A DNA stretch of 64,000 bases from the human T2T-CHM13v2.0 reference genome, Homo sapiens. The notes under the pieces were generated by a model, which was given only the letters and a program-made list of their open reading frames with translations, was not told the DNA's origin and did not search any database. Shown here one piece after another: positions 1-13,992 of this stretch (position 1 is the first letter of the stretch; each line of letters opens with the position of its first letter). A program made the position numbers and the translations under genes. The stretch is from assembly GCF_009914755.1 (NCBI RefSeq), contig NC_060929.1; one strand, written 5' to 3'.

Positions 1-317
1 GTATAACTCACACAAAGGCCATCAACCTTTGTCTTCATGGATGTATGGATTAACGGGTTATTGAGGGAGTGAGTTATTTACCAGGAGAGTGAGTCTGTTA
101 TAAAAGCCAGTCTAGCCAACTCTCATGAGCCCCCTCACCATGTGATGCCCTGTACCACCTCAGGACTTTGTAGAGAGCACCACCAGCAAGAAGGCCCTCA
201 CCAGATGTAGCCCCTTGGCCTTGGACTTCCAGCCTCCAGAACTGTAAGAAATAATTTTTTTCTTATACATGACCCATTCTTTAGTATTCTCTTATAGCAA
301 CATAAAGGGTAAGACAC
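1..317 (+). mobile_element. MaLR LTR (MST-like), 3' part
   Basis: accagcaagaaggccctcaccagatg...cagcctccagaactgtaagaaataa...ttatagcaac...aagaca is typical of MST/MLT LTR ends. Confidence 0.8.
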
Positions 318-377
318 CTAATCTCAATCTTAATCTAAGATAAATTATAGAAAAAAACATAAATGAGAAATATAATT

Positions 378-690
378 CCAGGTACAGTCACTCAGACCTT
401 TAACCTCAGCAATTTAGGAGGCCAAGGCAGGAGGATTGCTTGAGGCCAGGAGTTTGAAACCAGCCTGGACAACACAGGGAGACCTCATCTCTACAAAATT
501 GTTTTTAAAAAATTAACTGGGCATGATGGCACACACCTGTTGTCCCAGCTACTCAGGAGACTGAGGCAAGAGGACCACTGAAGCCCAGTAGTTTGAGGTT
601 ACAGTGAGCAATGATTGTGCCACTGCACTGCAGCCTAGGCAACATAACAAGATCCTATCTCTCAAAATAAATAAATTAATTAAATAAAGA
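378..690 (+). mobile_element. Alu (J-type)
   Basis: Diverged Alu dimer with (TAAA)-like tail. Confidence 0.88.
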
Positions 691-2959
691 AAAGGAAATA
701 TAAAGAATAAAATGTTATCTTGAGAGAAAATGAAATAGTACAATGTAACAAAGAGTTTCTTGCTGTTAAGTTTGACAATAGAGAACCAAATTTATTGCTT
801 GGTATATATTTAATTTTCATCAGAAAATGTGTTGGAATAGAAAAAAATTTAACTGGTTGTGACCTATGTTGTTCAATAACAATAGTGACAAGCCCTCTCT
901 AGGCTGGAGAGGACAAGCTGCAAAATTTAATTGGAAAAAAAAAGAATAGGCATATGATAATGGAATAAGGGAAAGGAATTGTTCTTGAGTAGATATGACA
1001 GACTGTGATTTAGCATGGCAGGGATTCTGGATCACAGCATCTCTAAAGGTATTCCTCATGGAAGGTGTGACTCTTCTCAGATAACCATCTTGCTTGGTTA
1101 AAGGTTTCCTCTCTCACTGGAATTGTACACAAAGGTTGAGAACCTCCCTCTTGCTAAACCTAAAGGCTTATCCTAAGTTTTTGTCTACTCTGATCTGCCT
1201 GCAGTCCCTCATTGTTGACCTCTCCTTCCTTCTCACAGCCCTGACCTTGGCTTCCACAGTATAGCATTCATCTCACTGGCCTCAAGCCTTTCCATCATTC
1301 AGCTCTTGCTTGTTTTGTTTAGCTGGTTATTTTCTTCATACCCCTGCACTGAAGGATTTCTCCCTTCAATCCTTGGTGCTCTCTTTGCTTTCTATCTACT
1401 TGTTCCTAAAACAATGGTAATGACTCCTAAGTCTACACTCTGAACCCTAACCTTTCATCCATGCCAGAGTCCATTTTCTCCAACTGCCAATAAACATTAT
1501 AATTTGGATATTCCACCATCACAGGAAGCCTAACTAATGCCAAAAGGAACTCATCTTGCCCAGCTTCTATCTTCAACCAACAGGTTTATTGATCCGTCAC
1601 CTTCACAGGCGTTAATGGCTTGACTTTTCTTTTACTCCAAGCCATTAGAATCATCTTTGACTGTGCTCTTTTACCTCCAACCTGTGAGCTGTTACAACCT
1701 GACTTTTCTCAAATGAAAATGTTCCCCACAATTCTCACTGCTAACAACCAGAACTTCGGTTGACACGTGTATTACTATAACTGGGCCTGGATAACTCTTG
1801 CCTCTACTCATATATCCCTTAAATCTACGCTTAGGGTTAATCTTATTAAGAGAAAAATATAGTCCTAAAATACCACTTTCATCACCTTTTCCCCTTTCCC
1901 TATTCTAAATTACATCAAGTCCCAAGTTCTCAGCTCCACTATCTGACTCCACTCTTCTCATTCAACACTCCCTACTGCCCTCCAATGTAAAAATCTCTAT
2001 TTCCCTTTAGTAAGTTATTTCTCACCTGCCCCCATTCCTCCCTCCCAATCTCAGAAGTCATCAACTCTTTGTTTTTGTTTATATCAATTTTTTTTTTTCA
2101 GTTAACAGAAACAGGGATTGTTACTTCAGAGAACACATGTTAAAAGACCACTAGCCTGGTTGTAGTACAAAAAGGATTTGCAAAGAGGGGAAGCAGGAGA
2201 TAAACTCGACAGGTAGATTGGGGCTGACTAAGAAGGTCCCTAAGGGCAAGTGCATCACAGTCTTTTCTCTTAGATAGTTAGCTGTCAGGCAAACACACTG
2301 AAACAATCATCAAATTATGATAAAGCCCAGACAAGCAAAACAAAATACGAAGGTCTCCCTTGTGACCACCATGTATGAGATTTGTAAGAACAAACATTTC
2401 CTGCCATGGGAACTTTGCCACTGTGTGCCTCAGATGAAAGCAGTTCCTCTGCTTTCATACATTAACCAAGAGATTCAAAAGCAAGGTGGCAACAAGAACG
2501 AACTCAGCTAAGCTACTTCTCTGACAAAGGTCGGAAAGACTTTTCTCAGTTGCCCAAATCAGCCTGTGCCAACCTGGAATCCTCATTATTGAAATCTTTT
2601 GCAAAAAGAAAGCTGTCTTGATTAAAGTTTTAAAAATCGGTGGTTCTGAAAAGAATAAAATTTTCATAATGAGTTATTATGAAATCTGTGAAATGGGTCA
2701 AAAATGCATAAGGAAGAAGCAGAACCACAGATGACAATCAGCCTTCTCATCCAGCCTCAGTAGTCATCTTGGAGTATTGCTCAAAAGTCAAAGAGGTGTT
2801 AACAGATTCTGTGAGGAGATTGCAGAGTTTTCTTGAAACAAAGGGATCTGACCCAGCATACCACAAGCAGTACAACTAGGCACATCCCCTGAAACCAACT
2901 ATTGTCTCTACTTCTTGAGGCAAGGGAGTATAGTGAGTTGCTACCCAAGTTATCCAAGA

Positions 2960-3200
2960 GAATAACAATAACGCCCACTAACTGAAGGTTCTGGGTCATG
3001 TACTGTGCTAGGTATTCCACTGACATTATCACATTCAATCTTCCTAGCAGCTCTTATCAGAGAAATACCATTATCTTTATTCTACAGATAAGGAAACTGA
3101 AGCTCAGAGAAGTTAAGGAACTTGCCCCAGATCACACAGTTACTAAGCTGTAGAGGAAGTGTTCAAAGTTCAGGGTTCCAGTCTATGCTCGTCATGATAG
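2960..3200 (-). mobile_element. MIR
   Basis: MIR core acagataaggaaactgaagctcagagaagttaaggaacttgccc. Confidence 0.75.
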
Positions 3201-3948
3201 CACACAGCTTCCCAGTGTGAAGGGCAGTAAGAAGAACAAGATGGTGAAATGAATTTCATCAATCAACCAACATTTATTAACACCACACTAAGCCCTATGC
3301 TGGGCTTAATTGTGAATGGTAAGCAGAAAATACAGGGCTGGAGACTCACCTCCACCCCATCCCCATTTACTGCTCCTAAAATCCCTATCCCATGAAAAAC
3401 ATCACATGAACTACATTGCAGCTAATTGCCAGGAAACTATAAGAGGACCCTAACAAAGCATATGAGCTGATAGTCTTAAATTCAAAGCATATACAGAATT
3501 TTAAGTGGTAGCCTTTAAACATATGCTACCAAGCTAATGCATAATGAACTGAAATCAATACTACTATTATACAATAATCGGTCCACATTACTTTCTGTAA
3601 CAAGTGTGATTTTAATTGGATTAAGGAATTTGTAGCATGTTTTCCCTCTAAATAACCCACATGAAAATACTTATCATTCTTTAAATGTTTTTGTTCACTT
3701 CCTCCTATATGGGAACATAAAACTATGGAAAATACTAGCAAGAATCACAGCTTGGAAAGAATTTTAGGATTACCTAAATCTAAATAACCTAAATATACAC
3801 TAAATCTACTACTTACACTCAGGTAATGAAATAAGCAGATGAGTATTTCATTTTCCTTTAGCATCACTCAGAGTGAAATCAGAAAAACCTTGCAGAAGTT
3901 ATCTACCTTTGCTTAACCCTTTCATTAAAAAGTAGGAAGTAAACATGA

Positions 3949-4218
<270 letters not shown>

Positions 4219-4513
4219 TAAAAATGGTGAAAGTCTTTAGGTTTGCTAAAGCCAAGATGGAATAGTAGAGTTATGATGTAGCTCACAAGTTATGGCAGTT
4301 TTTATCTGAGGTCAATGGAGTGAAAAGACGTCTCAGGCAGATCTGAGGCATGTCCTGGAATGGTGTGGAATAACGCTAGTAATCAAAAGACCAGAACCTG
4401 GGCTTGAGCTCTGCCAACTTGCTGTGACTGGATATCGGAACAACTTTAATCCTTGAGTCTCTATTACCTACAAAATGGAGATAATATATGTCATTTAGAA
4501 GAGTTTTGGGAAG

Positions 4514-4809
4514 GGCCAGGTGTGGTGGCTCATGCCTGTAATCCCAGCACTTTGGGAGGCCAAGGCAGCTGGATCACTTGAGGTCAAGAGTTTGAGACCA
4601 GCCTGGCCAACATGATGAATCCCCGTCTCTACTAAAAGTACAAAAATTAGCCGGGCATGGTGGCGGCCCCTGTAGTCCCAGCTACTCAGGTTGAGATAGG
4701 AGAATTGCTACCAGGATTCAGAGGAGGCGGAAGTTGCAGTGAGCCGAGATTGCATCACTGCACTCCAGCCTGAGCAACAGAGCGAGACTCCATCTCAAAA
4801 AAAAAAAAA
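4514..4809 (+). mobile_element. Alu (S-type)
   Basis: Full-length dimer with A tail. Confidence 0.92.
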
Positions 4810-5149
4810 GAGTATAGGGAGGATTAATTGGTTACCCATAAGCACTACATAGTCTAAAGACTTTACCTGAATAGATTGGGATCAATAAGACAAGGTGAAC
4901 TCCTGGAGGGCAAAGAATAAATGTTATTTACCTATACCCCACCACAACCCACAATACCACACAGTTCTAGCCAAATAGGCCAAATTACACTATAAATGGA
5001 TTTTTGACACAAAGTCAGCACTGGTTATTTCAACATGTGGCCCTTGGAAAAATGTACAATGATAATGCCATGGCAGCTTCTCTTCCAGTTGATACTTTAA
5101 ATATTTAAGAAATTAACCAGTAGATGCAGGAATTAGTTCATAGTAGATA

Positions 5150-6252
5150 CACATGCATTTTAAATTATTGGGGAAAATACAGATTATTCAACAAATTATG
5201 TGAGGATCAATGGGTAGCCAACTGGAAAAAAAATTAATTGAAATCCATATCTCATATTAAAACAAATTTCAGATAAATACAAAATTCAAATGTAAAAATG
5301 AAATTATAAAAATACCCGGTGTTTGGGGAAAACTGAATGAAAATTACACAGATCTCTCTGTAGTAATGTTGCAACTTTTTGCGAATCTATAATTATTTCA
5401 AAATTAAAAGTTAAATAATTGGTAAACCTGAGCTAATTATTTTATAATACTGGAATGAGGCAGGATTTTCCAACAATGACACAAAACATAGAAGTCACAG
5501 ATGTAAAGATTAAATATGACCACTTTAAATATTTATACAGTGAAAAGCTTAAGCACACAAAATCAAAAGAGAAATGAAACTGAAAGGAAAACATAAGTAT
5601 CTCATATCCCAAAAGGTTACTTTCTCTAATATATAAAGGCTTTCAACAAATTAAAAAAAAAAAATTTCTCAGCAGAGAAATGAAAAAAAGATACAAAAAA
5701 CAGAGGGTTTACAGAAAAGGAAATACAAATAGCTCTAAAATGTATTCAAAAAGATGTCCAATGTTACTCAACAATGTGACAAGTACAAATTTAAATTAGA
5801 GTGAAATATCATTTTACTTATCAGATTGGCCAAGACCATAAAGTCTGATAACACACTTTGTTAGTCAAAGTCTGGAGAAACAGGCACTCTCAGACATTGC
5901 TGATGGGAATGTGAACTGGTACAACCTCTATGGGAGTGATTTGGCAATATCAACTATAAAACAAATGGTGTGTGTGTGTATATATATGTGTATATATATA
6001 TGTATATATATTAGTATATATATTAGTTTATATTTGTATATATGTATATTAGTATATATATTAAGTATATATATACATATATACACATATATACACACAC
6101 ACCATATATATACACACACCATATATATACACACACCATATATATACACATATGTATATACCATATATATACACACACACCATATATATACCATATATAA
6201 ACACACACACCATATATATACCATATATATACACACCATATATATGTGTGTG

Positions 6253-6300
<48 letters not shown>

Positions 6301-6455
6301 CTTGCATGAAAGATACACACAGGAGATTTTTTTATTGTAGCAATCTTTTAATAGCAAAAGAAGTGGAAACAATCCAAATGTCCACCAATATGAGACTTGT
6401 TTAAAAAAACTGGTATATTTGAACAATGGAATGCTATGCCTTAAAAAAAGAATAA
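5150..6455 (+). mobile_element. Old L1M 3' fragment interrupted by a microsatellite
   Basis: Degenerate L1 ORF2/3' motifs (attattcaacaaat, cattgctgatgggaatgtgaactggtacaacc, aacaatccaaatgtcca). Confidence 0.7.
5968..6300. repeat. Compound (TA)n/(CA)n/(TG)n microsatellite
   Basis: ~330 bp of alternating purine-pyrimidine sequence with recurring catatatatacacacac units. Confidence 0.95.
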
Positions 6456-6467
6456 AGTTATAAAAAG

Positions 6468-6775
6468 GGCCAGGTGTGATGGCTCACATCTGGAATCCTG
6501 GCACTTTGGGAGGCCGAGGCAGGTGGATCACTTGAGGTCAGGAGTTCGAGACCAGCCTGGCCAACATGATGAAACCCTGTCTGTACTAAAAATATAGAAA
6601 TTAGCTGGGTGTGGTGGCGGGCGCCTATAATCCCAGCTATTCTGGAGGCTGAGGCAGTAGAATTGCTTGAACCCGGGAGGCGGAAGTGGAAGTGAGTCAA
6701 GATTGCACCACTGTGCTCCAGACTGGGCAACAGAGTGAGGTTCCATCTCAGAAAAAAAAAAAAAAAAAAAAAAAA
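6468..6775 (+). mobile_element. Alu (S-type)
   Basis: Full-length, long A tail, flanking aaagttat-aaaag repeat. Confidence 0.92.
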
Positions 6776-6973
6776 GTTATTAAAAGAATAAAGGAATGAA
6801 ATAGCTTTACCTATGCTGCTATGGAATAATCACTAAAAATCACACAAGACAAATACTTCCTTGTATGTGCGCAAATCTCTGGAAAGAGTAATAAGCAACT
6901 GTAACACTGGTTACTTGAATAAAGTTAAAAATGAAAGCAATGATAAGATACATGTAGTAATGGTTCCTAAATT

Positions 6974-7135
6974 TTATGGCCATACATAGAAGGAAGTAAA
7001 CTAAACAGTAATTATAATAATTACTCACATTTACTGAGAACTTGGTACGGGGCTTGAAGCTATAGCTTACTAAAAACAGATAATTCGCTACACAGAGAAG
7101 AAAACATCAACACAAGACAAACCTATCAGTAGACA
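6974..7135 (+). mobile_element. MITE-like DNA transposon, copy 1 (one TIR)
   Basis: Aligns by eye to the reverse complement of 9276-9437. Confidence 0.7.
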
Positions 7136-7157
7136 GCATGGATTTAAGAAAACTTGA

Positions 7158-7501
7158 GGCTGGGCATGGTGGCTCACGCCTGTAATCCCAGCACTTTGGG
7201 AGGCTGAGGCGGGTGGATCACGAGGTCAGGAATTCGAGACCAGCCTGGCCAACATGGTGAAACCCCGTCTCTACTAAAAATACAAAAAAATTAGCTGGGC
7301 ATGGTGGTGGGCACCTGTAATCCCAGCTACTCGGGAGGCTGAGACAGGAGAATCATTTTGAACCTGAGAGGTGGAGGTTGCAGTGGGATGAGATATTGTG
7401 CCACTGCACTCCAGCCTGGGCAACAGGGAGAAAGAAAAAGAAGAGAAGAGGAGAGGGGAGGGGAGGGGAGGGGAGGGGAGGGGAGGGGAGGGGAGGGGAG
7501 A
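7158..7501 (+). mobile_element. Alu with (GGGGA)n tail
   Basis: Alu dimer 7158-~7440 followed by about 9 GGGGA units. Confidence 0.92.
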
Positions 7502-7861
7502 GCAGAGCTTGATATAGACCTCAATATACTAAAAATGAACTGACAGAAATCAGGTGTTATCTTTGTATCTCACTTTCTTCCTCATTTCCCAACCTAGCAT
7601 AGACTCTTTTAAAAAAGCAGCTACTCAAATGTTTATGAATTAATGAATGAATTACTACTAGTTGAATAGATGGGATAGGTGGATAGACAGATGGATGAGA
7701 TGGACAATGTACTGACGGTTAGAAGAAAGAGTGAAGTTGAAGGGTCGTGATCTATCTCGGTTCCCATTCCCATCTGACACTGGGCAAATTCAGTCTCCTT
7801 TTGCTTCCCTGTACAAATGAGAGGTGCTAGAATGCATAAGTGTTTAAGAACCACGATCATA

Positions 7862-8797
<936 letters not shown>

Positions 8798-9238
8798 CTA
8801 TCTTTCGGTTTAGTTTAAGAACCATTTGTCAAGCCTGTTCCACATGCCAGGCCCTGTGACCAGTGTCTGGGATAGAAAAATGGGTACACATTCTCAAGGA
8901 GCTCATAAGTACTTCAGCCCAATGGACAATTCTATGCAAGAAGTTAGCACAAAGCACTACAGGAACACAGAAAGGCACCTAACTGGTACGACATCTTTAG
9001 ACTCTTGACTTCTCACTTCTCCAACACCCTCCCCTTCTATTATTCGTTCTCCCAATGAGTTGGACCACGAACCTGATCACAAATCAGAAACTGTGAGCCA
9101 TCCTTAAACTCCACTGACCCCTTAAGACCTGTGGTGTATGCCATCTTTATGATATTTCTCCTAAAAGTCCCTTCCCCTTTCCTTCAACTCCACTTCCTCC
9201 CCTCAACCCCTGACTGCTACTTCCTGAGCTTTATCATC

Positions 9239-9437
9239 TCTTGGCCACACACAGAAGGAAGTGAACTAATAAGTTTGTCTACTGATAAGTCTGTCTTGTG
9301 TTGATGTTCTCTTGTCTGCCTAGTGAATTATCTGTTTTTAGTATGCTGTAGCTTTAAGCCCTATACAAAGTTCTCGGTAAATTTGAGTAATAATTATAAT
9401 TACTGCCTAGTTCATTTCCGTCTTTGTGTGGCCAAGA
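9239..9437 (-). mobile_element. MITE-like DNA transposon, copy 2 (complete, 30-bp TIRs)
   Basis: Left tcttggccacacacagaaggaagtgaacta versus reverse-complemented right tcttggccacacaaagacggaaatgaacta (27/30). Family not identified with certainty. Confidence 0.8.
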
Positions 9438-10037
9438 TTACTGAAATCACCTTTCAACTAACTTTCCTAAATGAACAGCCATCCACTGTACACAAGGCCA
9501 CCAGAGTCATCTTCCCAAGGATTAAAGCAGTCACACCATGCTCTACTTCAAAATCCTTCAAAGTCTGCCTACAGTTACTAAAAAGTCTAACTCTGTGGTG
9601 ACGCTTAGCACCCTTCTAATCTCTAGCAGAGCAAAACTGTCCCTGCTGGACTTCTAACCCCAATTCCTAGGCAGGGTCTGGCACATGGTTGACTTCCAAA
9701 CAGTATTCGCTGAACGAATGATCTCAACCCCACGTGTCTCTCTAGCTTCATCTCTTGCCTAACAGCAACCTTTTCCACTATGTCCCCTCTATCCTCCAAC
9801 TCAGCAAGCCCAAGTGCTCCTCCTTCCCCCTCTATCTATGCTCCAGTTTCTCTTCATGACTAAAAATCCTTGTTCGGCTGGCTGGGAAGCCTAGCTCACT
9901 TTTCATAATTCTGCCTTCCTCTAACATGCTTTCTGTTCCCCTTACAGCTAAACCACCCAGGCAAACTGTCCAGTCTCTTCTGAGCCCCTGACATAAGCTG
10001 TCCCCTCTTCTACCATGGCATCTATAGCAAACACTCT

Positions 10038-10341
10038 AGGGCAGTGGCCTGTGACTGGTGCTGACGCACAAATGGTTTCTTACTAGATTGGTACCAGCTA
10101 ACTCCAGAAATCAAGTGTAAGCATTTAGAAATGTTTATAGCAATTTGACATTGCTGTGACATCCAAGTATGTGATGCTTGTTGAACAAGGCATAGACCAG
10201 TTCAAGTGTTGCTGAATTTGTGAGGTGAGTCACATGTGGTGCAACCTGCATATTCACCATGTGCAATAGGACCATTTACTGATCCACGATAGGGAAAAAA
10301 AGAAAAAAACAAATTAAAAACCCAGTTGGTCTATTACCACA
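10038..10341. mobile_element. Probable hAT-Charlie-type non-autonomous DNA transposon
   Basis: Ends cagtgg... and ...cagatagtttgagaagcact resemble Charlie/MER termini; family uncertain. Confidence 0.45.
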
Positions 10342-10729
10342 GATAGTTTGAGAAGCACTTCTCTAATGCCTTCAGGTGTGTTCTTACCTTCCTCCTTTTG
10401 GGAATGTTGTTTGCTGCCTGGGACAATGCAACAATGCAAATGTCTAATAAATATCAGTGAATAAATAAATGAAGGTGTGAATGATAAGAAGGCTTTGTGA
10501 AAGATGTGAGACTGAGCTATTTCTTGGTGAACAGTAGGAATTGGGTACTTTGGGGTTGTAGGATAGTCAAATGCACTGAGAAAGGAGTGCAAATGAGGAA
10601 GAGTGTGAAAGACACTGCATAGGCAATAGGAAGCGCTGAAAAGGTGAAATATTATTCATAAGCTCGATATGTAAAAGAGCTCAACCACACAGGTCACCAG
10701 AGTGCTACCCACTGAAAACCCCAAGCCTG

Positions 10730-11400
10730 TACCAGAAGAATCCCCTTAGTGCAAGCTTTAGCTATAGGCAAATCAGCTATGCAAAGGATGAATGTGATGG
10801 GTGAGCCTAAGAGCAAGAAGACCGAGTGGGGTTTAATTCCATCATCCCAATGAGAAATCATTATAGGCCTGAACAAGGGCAGAGATAGTTTGGTAAAGTA
10901 AATCCCAATGTGACAAGCCCAGGGGACATTCAGGTGGAGATGTTTAGCAGGCACTTGGGAGGAAGGTCAAGGCTAAGGATACAGCTTTTGGAACTTCACA
11001 TCTAGTTGGTGATGAAAACCACAGTAATAGATGCATGAGAACAATAGTGGTCTAAAGACAAACGCCTGGAGAATACCATCACTTAAGGGGAAGGCCAAAA
11101 GATGGAATCTCACAAAGGAGACAAAAAAAGAAAGAGTCAAAAAGACATGAGGAGAACTCAGTACGTGCAGGATCATGAAAACAAAAGTGGGAAAAATTCT
11201 GAAGAGGGAGGCAGGGATGAATAGGGTCAAATGCATCAGAGAGGTTCAGTGCATAGAGTGGAATGGTCTTCAGCAAATTCAGCCAACCTGGAAGCCTCTG
11301 TGACTGGAAGGAAGAAGAAATTAAGCAATGATAAGGCTGAAGCCAAAATGCAAAGGCAGGTGATTAATAGCAGGCATTGAACAGGTCTTGTTCACGAAGC
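10730..11400 (-). mobile_element. L2 fragment
   Basis: ggacattcaggtggagatgt, gtcaaatgcatcagagaggttcag motifs. Confidence 0.65.
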
Positions 11401-12080
11401 CTGGTGGTGAAGTCTAGAAGAGAAGAAGGAGAGGCAAAATCAAGCTTTATTAGTCTTAAGGTGATAACTGTTGGAGTATTTTTACAGTGAGGGGAAGAAG
11501 TAATAGAGAGAAACAAGAAGGAACAACCCATGAAGGTCTAGAGGAGAAAATGAGGGGGATGGTCAGAAGCCCTGCAAGGCAGCATTCTCCCTCCACTGGA
11601 GCAAGGGTGATACCTCCTCCGAGAAGGAAAACGGGAAAGAAGGGCGTGAAATAGATGAGTTAGTAAAGGGGAGGAAGCCTTCTCCAGAGCCTAAGTCTGG
11701 ATTAGGGCCCTTCCTACATGCGCCCATAGCATGTACCATGTCCAGTAATTGCCTAATTGACCTGCCTGGATGCAGGGATAGACCATAAGCACCAGGAAGG
11801 CACGGACTATAACTGTCCCATTTACCACTCTATGTCCCATGCCTACCACAGTGCCTGGCTTATCTAAGCCCTAATTAAATGTATAGTTGACTAAATGGGG
11901 ACTAAAAATTAAAGAGGATTCACCAATAGATGCTTCAATTTTTCTAGCAAGTAGGAAGTGGGATCAATTGCCAAGGGTTTATAAAACGGAGTTAGGTAGA
12001 GGGTTTTTTAGAGATTAGTGAAAGAATAGAATAGCTTTTCAGGGAAATGGAAACTGAAAATCCTTCAAGAACAAGTTTAA

Positions 12081-12253
12081 AGTAGTGGTTCTCAATCTTA
12101 GTTGCACATTAGAATCACCTAAAGAACATGAGTAACTACTGATGCTTGGGTCCTGCCTCCAAATTTCAGATTTAACTGGTCTCTGTAGCCTGGGCTCCAG
12201 GATTTTTTTAAGTTCCCAGATGATTCTAATATGCAGCCAAGATTGAGAGTCAC
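12081..12253. mobile_element. MER5A-type DNA transposon
   Basis: agtggttctcaa...gcacattagaatcacct...gatgattctaatatgcagccaagattgagagtcactg. Confidence 0.8.
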
Positions 12254-12355
12254 TGAGTGAAAGACTTAAGTGATGCTGGTCAGGATTGAGACAAGACTGG
12301 AAACCATGAACTGATCCATTTACCATTTTACCCAGTTTTCCACCACACTGTTCAG

Positions 12356-12551
12356 CTACCTGGGTATCCCTGCAGAGGATTACTGTAGGATTAATTTGGA
12401 ATTAGGGCTTTACCAGGTAAATATGGAAGTAGGATAAATAAAAAATTCAGACACTACCTGGGTATCCGTGCAGAGGATTACTGTAGGATTAATTTGGAAT
12501 TAGGGCTTTGCCAGGTAAATATGGAAGTAGGATAAATAAAAAATTCAGACA
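12356..12551. repeat. 98-bp direct tandem duplication
   Basis: 12356-12453 and 12454-12551 identical except at 2 positions. Confidence 0.97.
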
Positions 12552-12999
12552 CCAAGGCAAAATTATAGTCTCTGAGAGAGTGAAGAGAAGGAGGTATAAG
12601 AGAGCTGAACAGCCAGAGACCTTTACAGTGCTGTAAAGGTTATCACAGTTGAGTCAGACAAGGAACTTTAAGGCCGCTCACAAGTCGGCATTTGAAGGGA
12701 CGTGGAAGTCTCCCAGAGCAACAGCAGGAGTAACGATGGAGAAACGTCAAAGTCTCTAAGGCATGTGGGATTGAAGCGAAGAACAAGAGACAAAGAAGAC
12801 TAAGAAAGGCAGAGGCAACAAAGCCCAACAGTGAGATGTTCAAAAAAGGAGAGTTTTGTTTCATTTTCCTATGGAAGTGAAAAAGTAACAGTTAGATTCA
12901 AATGTGGCAATGGATAGATAGGGGAATCCTGGCCAGTCCACCCAGATCTTTAAATATGGAAGAAAGCCTCCATTTCTTTCTACATAAAATTCATGAACA

Positions 13000-13992
<993 letters not shown>

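Noticed and set aside
5911-6426. Several 60-130 aa ORFs rich in Y/I/H/T/C/V
   Set aside because: Translations of the dinucleotide microsatellite.
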